A DNA stretch of 64,000 nucleotides from Octopus vulgaris (GCA_951406725.2 OX597814.1:45322001-45386000); one strand, 5' to 3'; positions 44,365 through 61,278 are shown, numbered from the stretch's first letter. Numbers and translations are program-made. Notes: generated by a model from the letters alone, not told the origin.

Positions 44365-45321
44365 TAGACAGACAGACCGATACATGCATACATACATACA
44401 TGCATACATGCATACATACATACATACATACATACATACATACATACATACATACATACATACATACATACATACATACATACATACATACATACATACA
44501 TGCATACATACATATATACATGTGTATGGATATATGTGGTTGTGAGTGGAGCGTGTATGTATGCATATATGTATGTACCTATGTATAATAATACCGGTAT
44601 GTTCAATATATCAGAACTTTCTTAGCATCAATGAGAATGCATTCTGCTATCAACCATATATACAAGTTAAAAAAAAAAAAGATACCTCTTTGCTAGAAGC
44701 AACTGAACTAACTACACACCTAGAAATCAAGAAACAACTCAAATCCACCACAAGAATTCCGTTGAAGAATATTCACGTAGTCGTTAGGCTTGTCGGAAAT
44801 AGCAACCAAATTCTTTCAAATTATATTTTTATGGTCTTAAAAAAAGAACACATTACATTATGTAATCTTAGCTATTCCTATGAAGACAGAATGTTCAAAT
44901 TTAGAATACCTTTGATCATAAACATACTCAAACGGGGCTAGCCTGGGGTTAAACCGCAACAACAATTTGCAGTAAAGCAATGTCATGTAAAACACTAAGT
45001 TTGTTTCATTATGTTAAAGATTTCAATTGTCTTCGAATTCCTTCCGGTAGTTAAGACAGTTAAAAGCGTAATACTAGAACACATATCGCATCAAGCAGAA
45101 TAACATTATAGATATTGGTTTTCGTTTGACCAGACACTAGAGCCCAATATTTTAAGAGATAGCAGAACGAAAATATGACATTCGTGTCTTTCTCCAACAC
45201 ATTGGCGACTTAAGAGAAGTGAAGTAGCTTCGGTTTGTAATTGAAATCAATACGGATCGCGACTGTTTTGCGACATTCGATATTCTTATTGATATCCAGA
45301 TCTTAAACAACTCGCCATATT

Positions 45322-45382
<61 letters not shown>

Positions 45383-46289
45383 CTCTCTTTCTTTCTCTCT
45401 CTCACTCTTTCTCTCTCTCTACACACACGATCTCTCTCTTTTTCTCTATCTCAGACACTGTCTCAATCTTAAACACACTCTCTCTATATCTGTTTCAAAT
45501 ACACACGTCCCTCCCGCTTTCTCAGTTTTTTTGTTTTTTTCTGTGGGGAGGTTGTTTTTCCTATCACATTTCAAAATGTCTTTGTCGGAACGATACGCAA
45601 AATCTTTCATTATAGTTAGAGAAAAATCTATTTAAAAAATGTACAAAGATTATATTTTAAAATATATAAAAGAAATAAATATTTTTTTAAGAGACATATT
45701 AAGCAACCTATTGCTGCTTATGTTTCCCGCGCTTAGCTTCATTTTCATCTTGAAGCACGCATATGCATATAATGAAATGTGTAATAACAAACACTTAAAC
45801 TGATCTTCGTTTTAATCGCAGCTCCTAATGGCTCGTTGATGACTGCTTTATCAATATATCATTGCAGTTTAGAAGAAGTTGCCAAGCAACAGACAGGTGG
45901 AAGGGAGCTGGTCTGGGAACGCATCATATTCAAAAACATAAATGTCAACAGAAAAGTGTTATCATCGTTTTACGATCTACTGAATTCAGGATGTTAATAC
46001 TACAATAACTGCATAGGTGGGAAGCCATAATTTCGGACAAAAACGTATCCATGGCGTTCTTTGCACATGAAGTGAATATGAGGCTATAACTGAGTTTCGT
46101 ATATTTATGTTCGATCGTATTAGATATCGAAGGGAAATTAGTCTCAATTTGATTAATTTTTTTTCATTCATAAAATATTTTGACAAGTTGAGTATGTAAA
46201 TATATATCAAAGAAAATTGCATTGATGGACAGTTTTTGGTGCTCTTGAAAAATTATACATGCAATAAAAATAGTACTTTGGTAAAATAC

Positions 46290-47228
46290 ACACATTAATA
46301 GGTATACACAAACACACACACACACATATATATATATGTGTGTATATATATATATATATATTTATATATACTAATATAAATATTTAATACAGTGGGAATC
46401 AGTTTGTATACACATATATGTATATTTAATTTCCATACATACGTATATATATAAATACATATATATACATAAATACACACACATATATATATATATATAC
46501 ATATAAGTATATATATACATGATGATGATGATACATATAAATATATATATCCATATATACATATATATACACATATACATATATACATGTACATATATAC
46601 GTATATGTATATACATATATACATATACATATATACATATACATACACGTATATACATGTATATATATATACATATATATTTATATATACATAAATATAT
46701 ATACACATATGTATACATGTATATATACACATACACATTTATGAGTATAAATATATGTTTATATGTATACACACACACATATATATATATACACACACAC
46801 ATACTCATATATATATATACCTCAAAATATATTTTATTCAGTATGTCTTGATATAATTTTCTTTTATACACAGGTAGACGGATGGATAGACAGATACGGG
46901 CATAAATATGTGTATATGTATATATGTGATATATGTATGTGCGTGCATATATACATATATATATATTCACATATATGCATATAGATATGTATGTGCATAT
47001 ATATAAGCAAACATATAAAAGCATAAATATATGTACACATACATACAAACGTGTACTCACAGGCACACAGCATACATACAACCATATACTCATAGGCACA
47101 CAGCATACATACCACCATATACTCATAGGCAAACACACATGCATATATATATACATATATGTATGTAAATATACATATATGTATATATATATATACATAT
47201 GTATATGTACATATATATATGTATAGAT

Positions 47229-47279
<51 letters not shown>

Positions 47280-47322
47280 TATATATATGTATATATGCAT
47301 ATGTATATATATACATATATAG

Positions 47323-47381
<59 letters not shown>

Positions 47382-47467
47382 TATAGATATAGATATGTGT
47401 ATATATACATATAGATATATGTATATATACATTTATATATGTATGTATATATACACATATATACATA

Positions 47468-47517
<50 letters not shown>

Positions 47518-47589
47518 CATTCTTTTGATTTATTTGCTCACATATTTATCTGCATGCGTTTGTGTGATTGTGTGTGTCTATGCATGCAT

Positions 47590-47621
<32 letters not shown>

Positions 47622-47780
47622 CTGCGTGTCTGTGTGTGTAAAAGAGAGTGTCTATATGAAAAATAATATTCACAAACCCATGTGTACATACCTAGATTCT
47701 CAGATAGTGTTATACTTACATACGTACAAACAATTTGCAAATTAAAGTTGTATGCGTGTGTTTGCGAGTAATTTTTTTCC

Positions 47781-47823
<43 letters not shown>

Positions 47824-47900
47824 AATGTAAGTATGGAAATGTGTTTGTGTGTGTGTGTTTATTTGTATGTGTGTGTGTACACATAAATATCTACATTGAA
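46290..47900. repeat. Long degenerate (TA)/(TACA)/(CA) microsatellite field with an embedded ~33-bp minisatellite (47050-47130)
   Basis: Directly visible; TACTCATAGGCACACAGCATACATAC..CCA repeats ~2.5 times. Explains the 353-aa and 218-aa low-complexity ORFs. Confidence 0.9.
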
Positions 47901-48494
47901 ACACACACGTACACGCTCACTCGCAAATATATATGAGCAAATAAATCAAAAGAATTTAATATTATTTTGCGTTGACTTGCTAAACAAAAATACAGAAAAC
48001 AAGTCCCAATATATTAACTATAGCTTTAGAAAATGTTCTTATTTTTGGTGCAAAGGAAGTGGGGGTGTCTTCAAATAAACAGCTTTATAAAGCTTTAAAA
48101 TTGAAGTGTTAAGAACATTTAATCTTTTATAAATCCAAAACAGAATGACGTTATATTGATTCCTGAAGTCGGTGTTTTGATTTGAAGTGTAGACATTACG
48201 TTTCTTTGCCACCAAGCTAAGAAAGGCACCAGACATTGAAATCTAGAAAGAAGCAAAATTATAATTGTGGAGTCCAGATTAAAGGTTCTAAATATATCTA
48301 AGTATATTCTTGAGTCGTTATGAGATGGATACTGGGGATATATGTTGGAAAATTGAAAGCCTTTTGGAAGAATACAAATGTTACCTGTATGTTTGTTTTT
48401 AATAAATATTTTATGGTTGTTTATTAAGTTTTATGCTTGTTTTCTTTGGAGATTTCTTTTTATATCTGTAAATTTATTTGTTAGTAACATTAGT

Positions 48495-48878
48495 TTCAAA
48501 TTTTAGCACAAGGCCAGCAATTTTCGGGGATGGGGTTAAGTTGATTACATCGGCCCCAGTGCTCAACAGGAACTTATTTTATAGACCCTCTAAAGGATGA
48601 AAGGTAAAGTTGACCTTAGTAGAATTTTATCTTAAAACGTAAAAACGAACGAAATACCTATTTCTTTACTACCCACAAGAGAGGACAAACAAGGACAGAC
48701 AAACAGATTGAGACGATTACATCGACCCCAGTTCGTAACTGGTACTTAATTTATCGACCCCGAAAGGAATGAAAGGCAAAGTCGATCTCGGCGGAATTTG
48801 AACTCAGAACGTAACGGCAGACGAAATACCGCTAAGCATTTCGCCCGGCGTGCTAACGTTTCTGCCAGCTCTCCGTCT
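48495..48878 (-). mobile_element. Dimeric family-A SINE
   Basis: A full monomer (48657-48878) is joined at ..GTAAAGAAATAGGTATTTCG to a second, headless monomer (48495-48656). Confidence 0.8.
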
Positions 48879-51291
48879 TGTTTGTTAGAAATATTATCAG
48901 GTATTTCGATTGCAAGGAGAAATTCAACATGATAAAAACAAATATGGTTCTCTATGTCTAAGCAGGACAAGTGATTATAGGTGTTTTATTGGCTTACCAT
49001 CTTTTTGACCATATTGTCAAAAGGGTCTGTCAGTTCCCTACGACGGTAAATGTATGTATTTAGGTCTCACTGGTTAAATTCTGTTTGTTGAATGAAGAAT
49101 TGCAAAGAGACAAAACTTACCTGCTATAAGCAGTGAAAGCATTCTGTAAATAACGTGAGATATTGTATTCAAATCTTCTCACAGAGACTAGGTATGTCTT
49201 TAACAAAGTAAAGGGTAAGATGCTAGTTCTACATAGTCGTTCAATCTGATAGAGTGAGCGGCCGAATCGGTTTTGAATTATATTTCGTCACTTTAGAAAA
49301 ACTTGATATCATTTTTAATTTCGTCACTTTAGAAAAACTTGATATCATTTTTAAGACTGTAAAATATGGTAATACGATTCTCGATAGGTCGTATCTAAAA
49401 CGAAAAACTGAAATTGCCAGGATTGGAATGCCTTTGATCTTATTGAACCTGATTTAGGACTGATCTGAGGCAAAATATTAACAGTAACCTGATGAGTTGC
49501 AGATAAGCTTCATAGAATAGAAGTAGGCTCTTTACAAGCCGAATCCGTGACCTGCTTTTGATTTGTGCTTGTAATCATTTTTAACTCACTTGCATTGCAA
49601 ATGTTCCTTAGAAGCGCATCACTTCTATATTTCCCGTGTGCTCTCCTTCAGATATTTTTGCGCATATAACTACTAGGTTGACAAAATTAGAAACAACATG
49701 AACTAGTGTGACATTAATTCATTCATTCATTCAAACAGGCGTTTGATCAAAGGCTTTCCAGCCATGACCATTCTATCTTTTTCAAAGAATAGTATACCCT
49801 GAACCACATATCCAGTGCGCGTTCTTGTTTAAGATGGTGGTATGTGACTTAAGGGAGATAGATTGAGCTAATATATCTAGCAGGAGAGAGCGCGTAAAGA
49901 CTCTCTCTTCAGCTCAGCAAATGTTTGGAGAATGCTATAGTTTTATTTTGACCTCCTTCTCCGAGGTGAATCTACGATGTGCTTTCTATTACCATATGAA
50001 ATCACATTGTGTTCACCTACATTGCTTGAACCGTATTTTTATGAAAAGCATGAACATTAAAACCTTCTCTTTCTCTTGAGTACCTATTAAACATAAATGT
50101 GTAAATAATGTTTTGATTTACCATACTATTTGCATGTTATGGTGAATTCAGAAGGATGACTGCCATAAAGATTAATGTATAAAGAAGGAAAGAGGAGAAA
50201 ATTTAAAAGATTCATTGTAAACAATGTAAAAGTGACCAGAAATTACAAATATGAGTGAAATGAAACAAAAAGAGGTTGTATATAGCCATTAGAGGTCAAT
50301 CTTATGTTTTATTAGGAAAGTGGATCGATTTCAAAGAGAGAAGTTTATCTGAGCACAGTAAGATATCGAGTTACTAGTAAGTTGCTGGTTAGTTCGGTAC
50401 AAAATTACCGAATCGTTCTCTATAATATTCTTACCTATTCCCCAGTTAGATATAAGTAGGGTCAGTAGGAGATGCTTAGCGGTCTGCAAAGTCATATTAG
50501 ACAACAACTGAGCAGCCAAATGTCCGACCTTTTAACTATTCTGCTAACAGCAGGGATATAATGGCATAGACGATTATAATAGCGGACTCATAGAATGGCA
50601 GAGGGATCGACTAAATACCTTAAAGTATTTAGTTATGATGCTTTATGGCCTAAGTTTCAAATTTCATCGAAATCGACTTTATCTTCCAACATTATGATAT
50701 CGATAAAAATAAATATATATCATATGTTTGATCAATTAAACCGACTGCACCGCTCTCCTAAAATACGACATCTGGTGCCAGCGAAAGAAGTAATTATCAT
50801 ATGATGATTAGACTGTAATATTAACAGAAACAATGGCGCGTCGGACTAAATTCCTTGTAGTATTTACTTTCATCATCTATATTCTTAATCTAAATTCTTC
50901 CAAAGTCAATTATGTCTTTCATCATTGTAGTGTATAACAGAAATATCAAACATACTAGATATCTTTCAGTCAATCCAGTATTGCTTCTATATTCTATTTT
51001 ACTTCTATATGCTTTCTACATTGCTTCCTGGTATAAAAAGAAGCTATATAAGTATATAAGCAGTATACAATCATATTGTTACAAACCGCCAATGAGGGTA
51101 GAAAATTCAGGTAACTATAAAACCCTTTTCCTATGAATTTGTGATTTTTAGTTAGTATGAGATATAATAACGGCAAGTATACTACATTGCTGTATTCTAC
51201 ACAATTCCTTGCAACTAGAGTATAAAAAGTGAGTTGGGTTGTACTGATATTATACATAGTGATATTATGTTTATAGACAGAATATCAGAGT

Positions 51292-51514
51292 ACTCTTTTA
51301 CTCTATATTTTACTCTTTTTACTTGTTTCAGTCATTTGACTGCGGCCATGCTGGAGCACCGCCTTTAGTCGAGCAAATCGACCCCGGCACTTATTCTTTG
51401 TAAGCCCAGTACTTATTCTATCGGTATCGTTTGCCGAACCGCTAAGTAACGGGGACGTAAACACACCACCATCGGTTGTCAAGCAATGCTAGGGGGACAA
51501 ACACAGACACACAA

Positions 51515-51545
<31 letters not shown>

Positions 51546-51715
51546 CATATATACGACAGGCTTCTTTCAGTTTCCGTCAACCAAATCCACTCACAAGGCT
51601 TTGGTCGGCCCGAGGTTATAGTAGAAGACACTTGCCCAAGGTGCCACGCAGTGGAACTGAACCCGGAACCATGCGGTTGGTAAACAAGCTACTTACCACA
51701 CAGCCACTCCTGCGC
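51292..51715 (-). mobile_element. SINE family B, full length
   Basis: Head GCGCAGGAGTGGCTGTGTGGTAAG..GGGTTCAGTTCC; tail of (GAGTAAAA) repeats. Confidence 0.9.
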
Positions 51716-52730
51716 TATGTAGTGTGCAATTTTGTTGACGATTATTTTTAACACAAAAATAACATATCTCACATTAGTATAAAATAGGTGGTGTAATCGA
51801 TAGAATCGACTCTAATCTGTGGTCGGTACTTATTCCATAGACTTAAAGTAGATGAGCATCAAAGTTCAACACAAGTGAGGTAATGAACTCAGAATATAGA
51901 GAACATAACTAAATATTGGAAAACATTTAGTCATGAACCCAATCTCTACTACAACCGTTGAATAACTATATGTTAAAAGTGATTGAAAATTTCAGTGAAA
52001 GTAATCTTTTCTCTTTCTAAAGAAATTTTAATATATTGTATTTCTGCTGTTATTGACTTGACAACTTTCCAACCTGAAACTCGATATTTATTAAGTCTGG
52101 CAGAGCCTGGCAAAATTTATAACGAGTTCTGGCCCTCTTCTTCTAACTAGCCATTAAAAAAGACACTTCAATGTTCAAGGTGACGGACTCGGTTTGCTAT
52201 AATATTCCCTGTACATTAACACAGCTCGCCTTATCTTGAAAAGATAATTGTTTCTTACACAAGTATAATGCCTCAGATCTTTTTAACTTATCCAAGAGTA
52301 TTAACACGATAGGAAATTATTTCGATTAGTAATCGAAACCGATTTACGAGCAAAACAAGAGTTTTAATGTTCAGTACTGACCACTGGACATATTAGCAAC
52401 ATTTCTCTCGCTTTATAAACTTCATTTGAAGAAAGAGAGTAGTATTAGTTCGGTTTGATTATATAAAACGGTCCAGTATTTTAAAGGAAGAAAAAATGAG
52501 AATTTGTGATATATTTATAAATTTTATTGCATCTGTGAACAATAACCTCATTTGTAATTGGTTTACAACGGGCTAATCGACCGTTCCTTACATTTCTGGT
52601 AATGAGTATAACAAGAGAGTACCTATACAACACGGACTGAACAAATATCACAAGTGGCTTCGTTCGATTTAGTTGTTCATATGCATAATTGAAAGATACA
52701 TAGATGCACACACAGCATATGCACACAATG

Positions 52731-52781
<51 letters not shown>

Positions 52782-53579
52782 GTGTGTGTTTACGCGTGCG
52801 CGCAAATGTGATGGGTTTTAACACAATTTTAGTCCTTCAAATTCATAAGGCCATTCGACACTTGTCAAAATTAGTGTGAAATGGGATCGAAACTGGAATC
52901 ACATTGTTGCAAAGAAAATTTCTGGATTACATTGCTATGACTACGCATAGTAGAGATTGATGTGCATGTCTTTTCAGAATACATTAGTGAGGAAAGTGAG
53001 TTAAAACTACTAAAACTCGAAACCGGTATTTGAATATTGTTTACAGGAAGTTTACTTCCACTCTTTGGTATTATCCACCTTCTCAGATGAGTTGTATGGT
53101 TTATAGCTTTCGCTAGGACTTTATGGACATAAATAAATTGGTTGCGACTGAGAATCGAACATAAATCACAGATTTGTCTTCTTATATGTTTTTTCCACTC
53201 TATAGTACTCTCTAGCTATCCTTTTTACAAGTTAATTCTTTTTCATCAGACACACGGCCTCTGATTTATAGAGAAAGAAACTTTTATAGGAAAAAACACT
53301 TTGACTAATACTAGATGCGCCCAACTTATATTTTAACCACAAAATAGGGTGAACTTTGTACGATCTCTAATCGATCTAGATATTCTAAAGTATCACACAA
53401 ACATATTTTCATAGCTTTCACAGAAAAAAAGTAAGGTTATATAGTAGAAATTGAACTCGAACTTAATTAAAGGAACCTTGTAAAGTAGGTATTTTTATGT
53501 ACAACCTACAGTGACATTACATAGTGTGCAGAAGGATTAAAAAAAAAAACAATTTTATTGGTACGTTGATAATACATAT

Positions 53580-53684
<105 letters not shown>

Positions 53685-54388
53685 ATACATTTCCTCTGAA
53701 ACAAGTTTATACTGTTTATAGATATGTGATACAACATGAAAATGTAAGGCAAGCATATATAATCAGGAAAGCAAGCAAAAATAACGTTCCTTCCCTGCTT
53801 TCGTATCAATGCATTTGTAAACTGTCTGTGGTGAATAAAATGACGTAGTAGAAAGTCAGGCAGCCATGTTTGGCTGACTCACATAAAGCGAAATACTCAA
53901 CAAACTAGAAATGTAGACAGCGGAGACTCTCTCTTTCCGTCCCTCTCTTTCCCTTCCACTATACACACACACACATGTATATATATATGAATTTTTTATA
54001 ATATTTTTTCTATTTCTCAATAAAGTTTCTAGTTATGTAAATACTTGGAATACATTTGCGTAGTTTCACTATCCATTGAAATATAAGATGGAGAACATGT
54101 ATGTATTTCTCTTTTTATGTCTAATGTTAATGTGTGTGTCTTAATGTGCGAGCACACATTTTGTGCATACGTATACACATATATATGTACGTAAGCAATG
54201 ATAGGTATATGCATAGATATATACGTAAATATACAGTTATACATGCACAAACACATGCACACACACACACATGGACTCATATATATATATATATATATTA
54301 TAGAAGGAGCTTCTACAGGACTAGAACTGTTTCATTCAAATGAAATCATCATTATTTACTGTGGTTAACCCCGACTCAACCCGGGACC

Positions 54389-54436
<48 letters not shown>

Positions 54437-56356
54437 GTCAAAAGAAGGAGCAAAGAGTACTCAATACTGAAATTTAGTATTATATAATTTACTGGAAGCT
54501 GAAATGTCAATAATCGCTTTTCTGAGTTTCATGTTGGTAACATGCGAACGATTATAATTATAAACATATATCACCACATATTTGAAAAATCTAATGAGCT
54601 CCGTCTGATTAAATGGAACAATGAGATTTTAGTGGTTGACAAAGTATACACTTTTTTCAAAAATTAGGTGGATGACATATAGAATGGAAACGAAAAAAAA
54701 ACAATACAAAATAATAAAATGGATATGAGAACATGTGTGTGTGTCTGTATGTGTGTGTGTGTGTGTGTGTGAAATGTCAATTATCGCTTACAATTGTGTG
54801 TGTACAAATATTTGAATCTATATTTTGGGATGTCATAAAATATTTCCTACTTTTTGAGTTTTGCTCATAGACGAATGTATTTCTTCTCCATGCAGTATGG
54901 ATGATCAGGAATTAGATTTAAAATTAACTCATAAAATTATCTATTGAAATAGGTTTATGAATTACAGCCAGCACTAATATCAGTATAGTTAGTTCTTTTG
55001 TATTTCCTTAATTTAGATACGAATACATTTCGCCTTTACTAAAAAAAACCCTAATGAAGGATTAGTAATATAAATTAAAATCGCCCTCCCCGTCTATTTT
55101 ACGAAATTTAATTCTTAATATTAGTAAACGTATTCCCTTTTTATCCTTAAATGTGTTCACTTCATAAGTGCTTCTCATTCATGCAATAAAGTCCATTATA
55201 ATTGTAGCTTTACAAATAAAATACAATACACAACACGTTCTTAATCTCTATGTTTGAAAAATAGTCCATGAAATATATTATGATATGATCCAGAATTTAG
55301 TTTAAACGTGCGGACAAATATTTGATAGAAACCGCCTAAATTCAATCACTTCTCATTTTCCGATGAATCATAGATATCATTCGATTTAAAAGAAATTCAT
55401 TTCTTTAACCTAATTTCCTTTTAATTAATTGATAACTATGTTCCATCGGAAATATTTTGCAAACTCAATCGTTTTATTTCCAAAAGCTTTTTCAACACCA
55501 ACAGTGTAATTTCCCACCTCCTTGTAATTATATTGCTCGAAATAACTACCTCGAAAACTCTAATTTATTGAGCTAAGATCTAACGAGGATTGACCGAAAA
55601 GTGTTTTAAAGATTCTCCACGATCCTTTCCAGGCATATTTGGTTCTTAAAAAGAAACAAATATGGTGATGTTTAAAATTAAATAGCCTATTATTAACTTC
55701 ACTAAATCAATTGTAATTACTTCCCTCTTCAAGTTTGTTTGCTGTAAGCTTTACCTAAACGAAATTTTATTCCTGTTATTTTAAACCATCTATGAATTGA
55801 ACAAAAGGTCAAAGATGTTATTTCATTATAGATAATGCTTCATTGTATTTACTTACCAATTATGTGCCTCAAAATAGATGATTCCATCATTAGTATGAAC
55901 TTTGCATTGTTTAATATTCTGGAGCAATATGAATCCAATCAAATAAAATGAATTTTAAAACGTTTTGAAATTATGAAGACACCTAAAAACCAAATTATCT
56001 TCGCTTACTATTAGACTTTTATACATACGCAATTATTGCCCTTTTTTACATTTCCACAGAAATATAAGTAATTTCTAATGACAGAATTTTTTTGTCTCAC
56101 GAAGATTACGTCACGTTGTATAAATTTATCCGTTCCTGTGTCAATACCTTCCACAATTCCTCTTTGCAAATGAATATTATATTGTTAGCAAATAGGAGCC
56201 CTTTATTCTATTTTATCCAACTTGCAACGCTCGTTATAGAATTCAAACAATTTTTGTGTGTTTATTATATATATAGTAAGAATTATATTCCACTTTTCAT
56301 AATCATTTAAAGATTGGCCACGAGATACACACAATGTAAGGATTAATAAAGTTGTG

Positions 56357-56408
<52 letters not shown>

Positions 56409-56440
56409 AAGTAAATTTGCAAGGTACCGCACGAGTGAAA

Positions 56441-57349
<909 letters not shown>

Positions 57350-57524
57350 ATAAATATATATATACATATCTATGTATATACATATATATGTGTGTATATA
57401 TATATATATGTATGTATATTTTGTGAAATTTGATTTAGTATTTCTAAATTGAATTTTTTTTCCTGTAAGTTTGGAATAATATTCCCTCATATTATTATTA
57501 TATATATTATATATAAATAAATAA

Positions 57525-57592
<68 letters not shown>

Positions 57593-57773
57593 CTGCTCAT
57601 CAATGTAAAAATATATTTTCACTCACACTTCTGCTGTGTAGGTTAGATGACCGAACTGTCTGTATTTCCAATTTATTTCTTTGTCAATACGGAGCGACAC
57701 ACATCTATATATGAATACACGAGTGTGTTTGTTCTTGCATGTGTGTGTATGTGTGTGTGTATGTATGTATATG

Positions 57774-57828
<55 letters not shown>

Positions 57829-57904
57829 GCACACATATATATATATATATGTATATATTATTTATATTATTATATGATTGAACGCCATACACTCTCTTCC
57901 AGTA

Positions 57905-57954
<50 letters not shown>

Positions 57955-57955
57955 A

Positions 57956-58008
<53 letters not shown>

Positions 58009-58810
58009 GATATACATATATATATACATATACAAACATATATATATACATATATTTAAATATATACACACATATATATATACGTACATATATACATATA
58101 TATATATGTACATATATACATATATATACACATACATACTTATATACATATATATATATGTATACACATATACTTGTACATATATGTATATATGTGAGTA
58201 TACGCACACACACATTATGCTCCATGAATGTGTATGCAATCTGTTGGCTGTTTGTAGCACACTTATTGAATACTACTGTACAATTACATAAACACACTCT
58301 ATATACACGGACATACACGCACGTTTATACGCATACACACACTGACGCACACATACAGACACACCTGAAGCATTTGCTCTCAACTCAAATAAACAACAAA
58401 TATCTGGGGCTTCCTTAACAAATACCGAAAACTCTATCGATTTTGATTCCATATTGGACATCTCTGCTGAAGATGCTTCGTTCTACGCAATGGGAGATGC
58501 AAGATGCAGTCTTTAAAATAGCATTCCAACCTTTGCATTACATATTCTATTCGATATTTCTTCAGAATTTTGCTGTTTATTGTAAATGTAAATATCATTA
58601 ATATTATCACTGTTGTTGTTATTGCTGTTATTGTTATTAACATTATCACCATTATCACGACCATCATCATCATCATTATTATTATTGTTATTATTACTAT
58701 TATTATTATTATTACCATTATTGTAATTTTTATCATTATTAATATTATTACTACTATTTCCATTATAGCAATTCTGATCACCATCATCGTCATCATCGTC
58801 ATTATTATTA

Positions 58811-58878
<68 letters not shown>

Positions 58879-58958
58879 GCAATTTTTATCATCATTAATA
58901 TTATTACTACTATTTCCATTATAGCAATTCTGATCACCATCATCGTCATCATCGTCAT

Positions 58959-59058
58959 NNNNNNNNNNNNNNNNNNNNNNNNNNNNNNNNNNNNNNNNNN
59001 NNNNNNNNNNNNNNNNNNNNNNNNNNNNNNNNNNNNNNNNNNNNNNNNNNNNNNNNNN
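58959..59058. other. Assembly gap (100 N)
   Basis: Run of n characters. Confidence 1.
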
Positions 59059-59264
59059 GAATGATATATTTACTTGAACCTATTGTTCAATTGTGTTTAT
59101 TTATGTATTTTTACACTTGTAAAAGTATATACACTCTGCTTATATATGTATATGTGTATATATGTATACGTATAAGTCTATATGGATACTTGTTCATATT
59201 TTTATATATATTAAATTATAAGTGTATTCTGTTTCATGTATTAATATTTTTTAAAGTTCTTTAT

Positions 59265-59400
59265 AATCTCTGACGAGGCCAATGGTTATATATATGAGTA
59301 CCCTATTTTTAAATGCCTACAACCTCAAAATAATTGACAACTATAGGCAATGAAAATAAAAATAACTACTTTTAACCATAGGCTGAAACAGCTGTAAGGA
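59265..59400 (+). ncRNA. Minimal type-I hammerhead ribozyme, intact core, GUA triplet
   Basis: TCT-CTGACGA(59270-76)-GGCCAATGGTTA...TAACCATAGGCT-GAAA(59385-88)-CAGCTG-TA-AGG. Confidence 0.75.
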
Positions 59401-59592
59401 GTGATTTTAATGATTTCAATAATTTATATTATGATTTTTATAATTTGTATTCTTATCTTATATGTATTGAATTTTAAGATATATATATGTATGCTATTAA
59501 GGTTCTCATTTTGTTAAATGAATAAATAATTCAACATTCTAATATCCGAAAGTTGATGAACAAACTAAATTGTTTCTCTATTTTCTTATTTG

Positions 59593-59655
<63 letters not shown>

Positions 59656-60668
59656 ATTCGAGGAAGTTAAGTCCTCATTAAGGATTATATAGTCCAAGGT
59701 ATTCCACTGGTTTAATCCGTATCATATAATAGTAAAGTCATTGGTATATGTTTAGGATCATTGGAATTCTTAATATTGAGGGTAAAACAAAGAGAAGAAA
59801 ATAGAGAATAAATGGATGCAATTACTAATTCATTTGCATGTAGTAGAAAGACGACGTTTTTTTTTTTCTTTTGAAGAAAACAAATGATTAAGTAAACTTA
59901 TTGGAAGTTGAAATGCATGTTTATTTTCTGCCCATATATGCTCAATTAAAATATGTATGAGCCAATATATACTTGTTTCAAATTTCTATCCATTCTGAAT
60001 CATGGCACATATGTGTCTCTCACTAAACCAATAAGAATCATCCATAGAATTTAGTTTCTTCTTATGTTTAATTTATTCTACATTACATTACTTTTTATTC
60101 TTATTTCACTTTACTTCATGTCTTAATGTTCTGTCACCTTTTTTATTTATTATACTCACATTTATTACATTTGCATACTTATTTCCTCTTATTTATTTAT
60201 TAATTCATTTTCTATTCATTTATCTGTTTACTAATTATGATATTTTTGTATAAGTATATAGTATATCCACAAATATTCAAAACCTACCTATCAAATAAAA
60301 AAAAATCTCTAAACATAGCTTTTAACTTTAACCTGCTAACACTATACACTTCCCTCAAAAGATATAATGATCACCTAAGTTGCGTTAGCTCTTTTTGAGC
60401 CCTAAAGAGGTCCTAAAATAATATAGTATGAATGTGGCAACTTCCTTAGCATTAAACAACATGCTTCGAGATTCCCATCAACTAAATTACTCGACAAAAA
60501 CATATATGTAGGTTCTTACGTTTTTCTTAAATTTTTTGAGTTTTCAATTTCCAATCAGTTCATTCATTTATTTGTAATGTTTTTCAAAAAGAACGTCATC
60601 TTTCTACAACATGCAAATAAATCAGTATTTACATCTATATATTCTCCAGTTTTTTCTTGTTTTTCCAC

Positions 60669-60703
<35 letters not shown>

Positions 60704-60792
60704 TGTATGTATGTATGTATGTATGTATGTATGTATGTATGTATGTATGTATGTATGTATGTATGTATGTATGTATGTATGTATGTATATAC

Positions 60793-60990
60793 GTAGCCAG
60801 TTGGCTGACACGTTTACTTCATAACCGAGGTTGTGAGTTTCATCCCAATGCGTAGAATCTTGGGCAAATGTCATTTTCTATAGTCTTGAATCGACCCTTT
60901 TGAATGAAATTAAGAACATGTATCTGTGGAATGCTCATGTTAATTCAAGGGCAGGCAATTCAATTAATCAAACAACTGAATCATCATCAT
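60793..60990 (+). mobile_element. Highly diverged family-B-like SINE
   Basis: GAGTTTCATCCCAATGCGTAGAATCTTGGGCAAATGTCATTTTCTATAG resembles the family-B B box and core. Confidence 0.5.
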
Positions 60991-61229
60991 CGAACGACGG
61001 AAATCAGCCATCACACATACACACACACCTATTATTCTTAAGCACGAACGTTTTCGAAGTTTCAGCAAGCTCAGCCAGTCCAACAATGACCTAGCCGGCC
61101 GAAACTTAGAAATTATTGTCAACAACATTCTTGTTTAAGAATAATAAATTTGTACTCTACAAAAGTATAGTTACCCACCAGATTGATGTAAAATTATTTT
61201 TATCATAACTGAACATAAAAACAAACATC

Positions 61230-61278
<49 letters not shown>

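Noticed and set aside
49281-49355. ~36-bp tandem duplication
   Set aside because: Ordinary local slippage with no further structure.
53820-53900. Cluster of YY1-, AP-1- and CRE-like motifs (similarly octamer/TATA at 41460-41492)
   Set aside because: Short motifs expected by chance; no independent promoter evidence.
54310-54355. Minus-strand GATGA..GAAAC..GTC
   Set aside because: The 5' core and stem I are missing; at best a truncated remnant.
58726-58958. ~77-bp direct duplication in the (ATT)n field
   Set aside because: It abuts the N gap and may be an assembly artefact.
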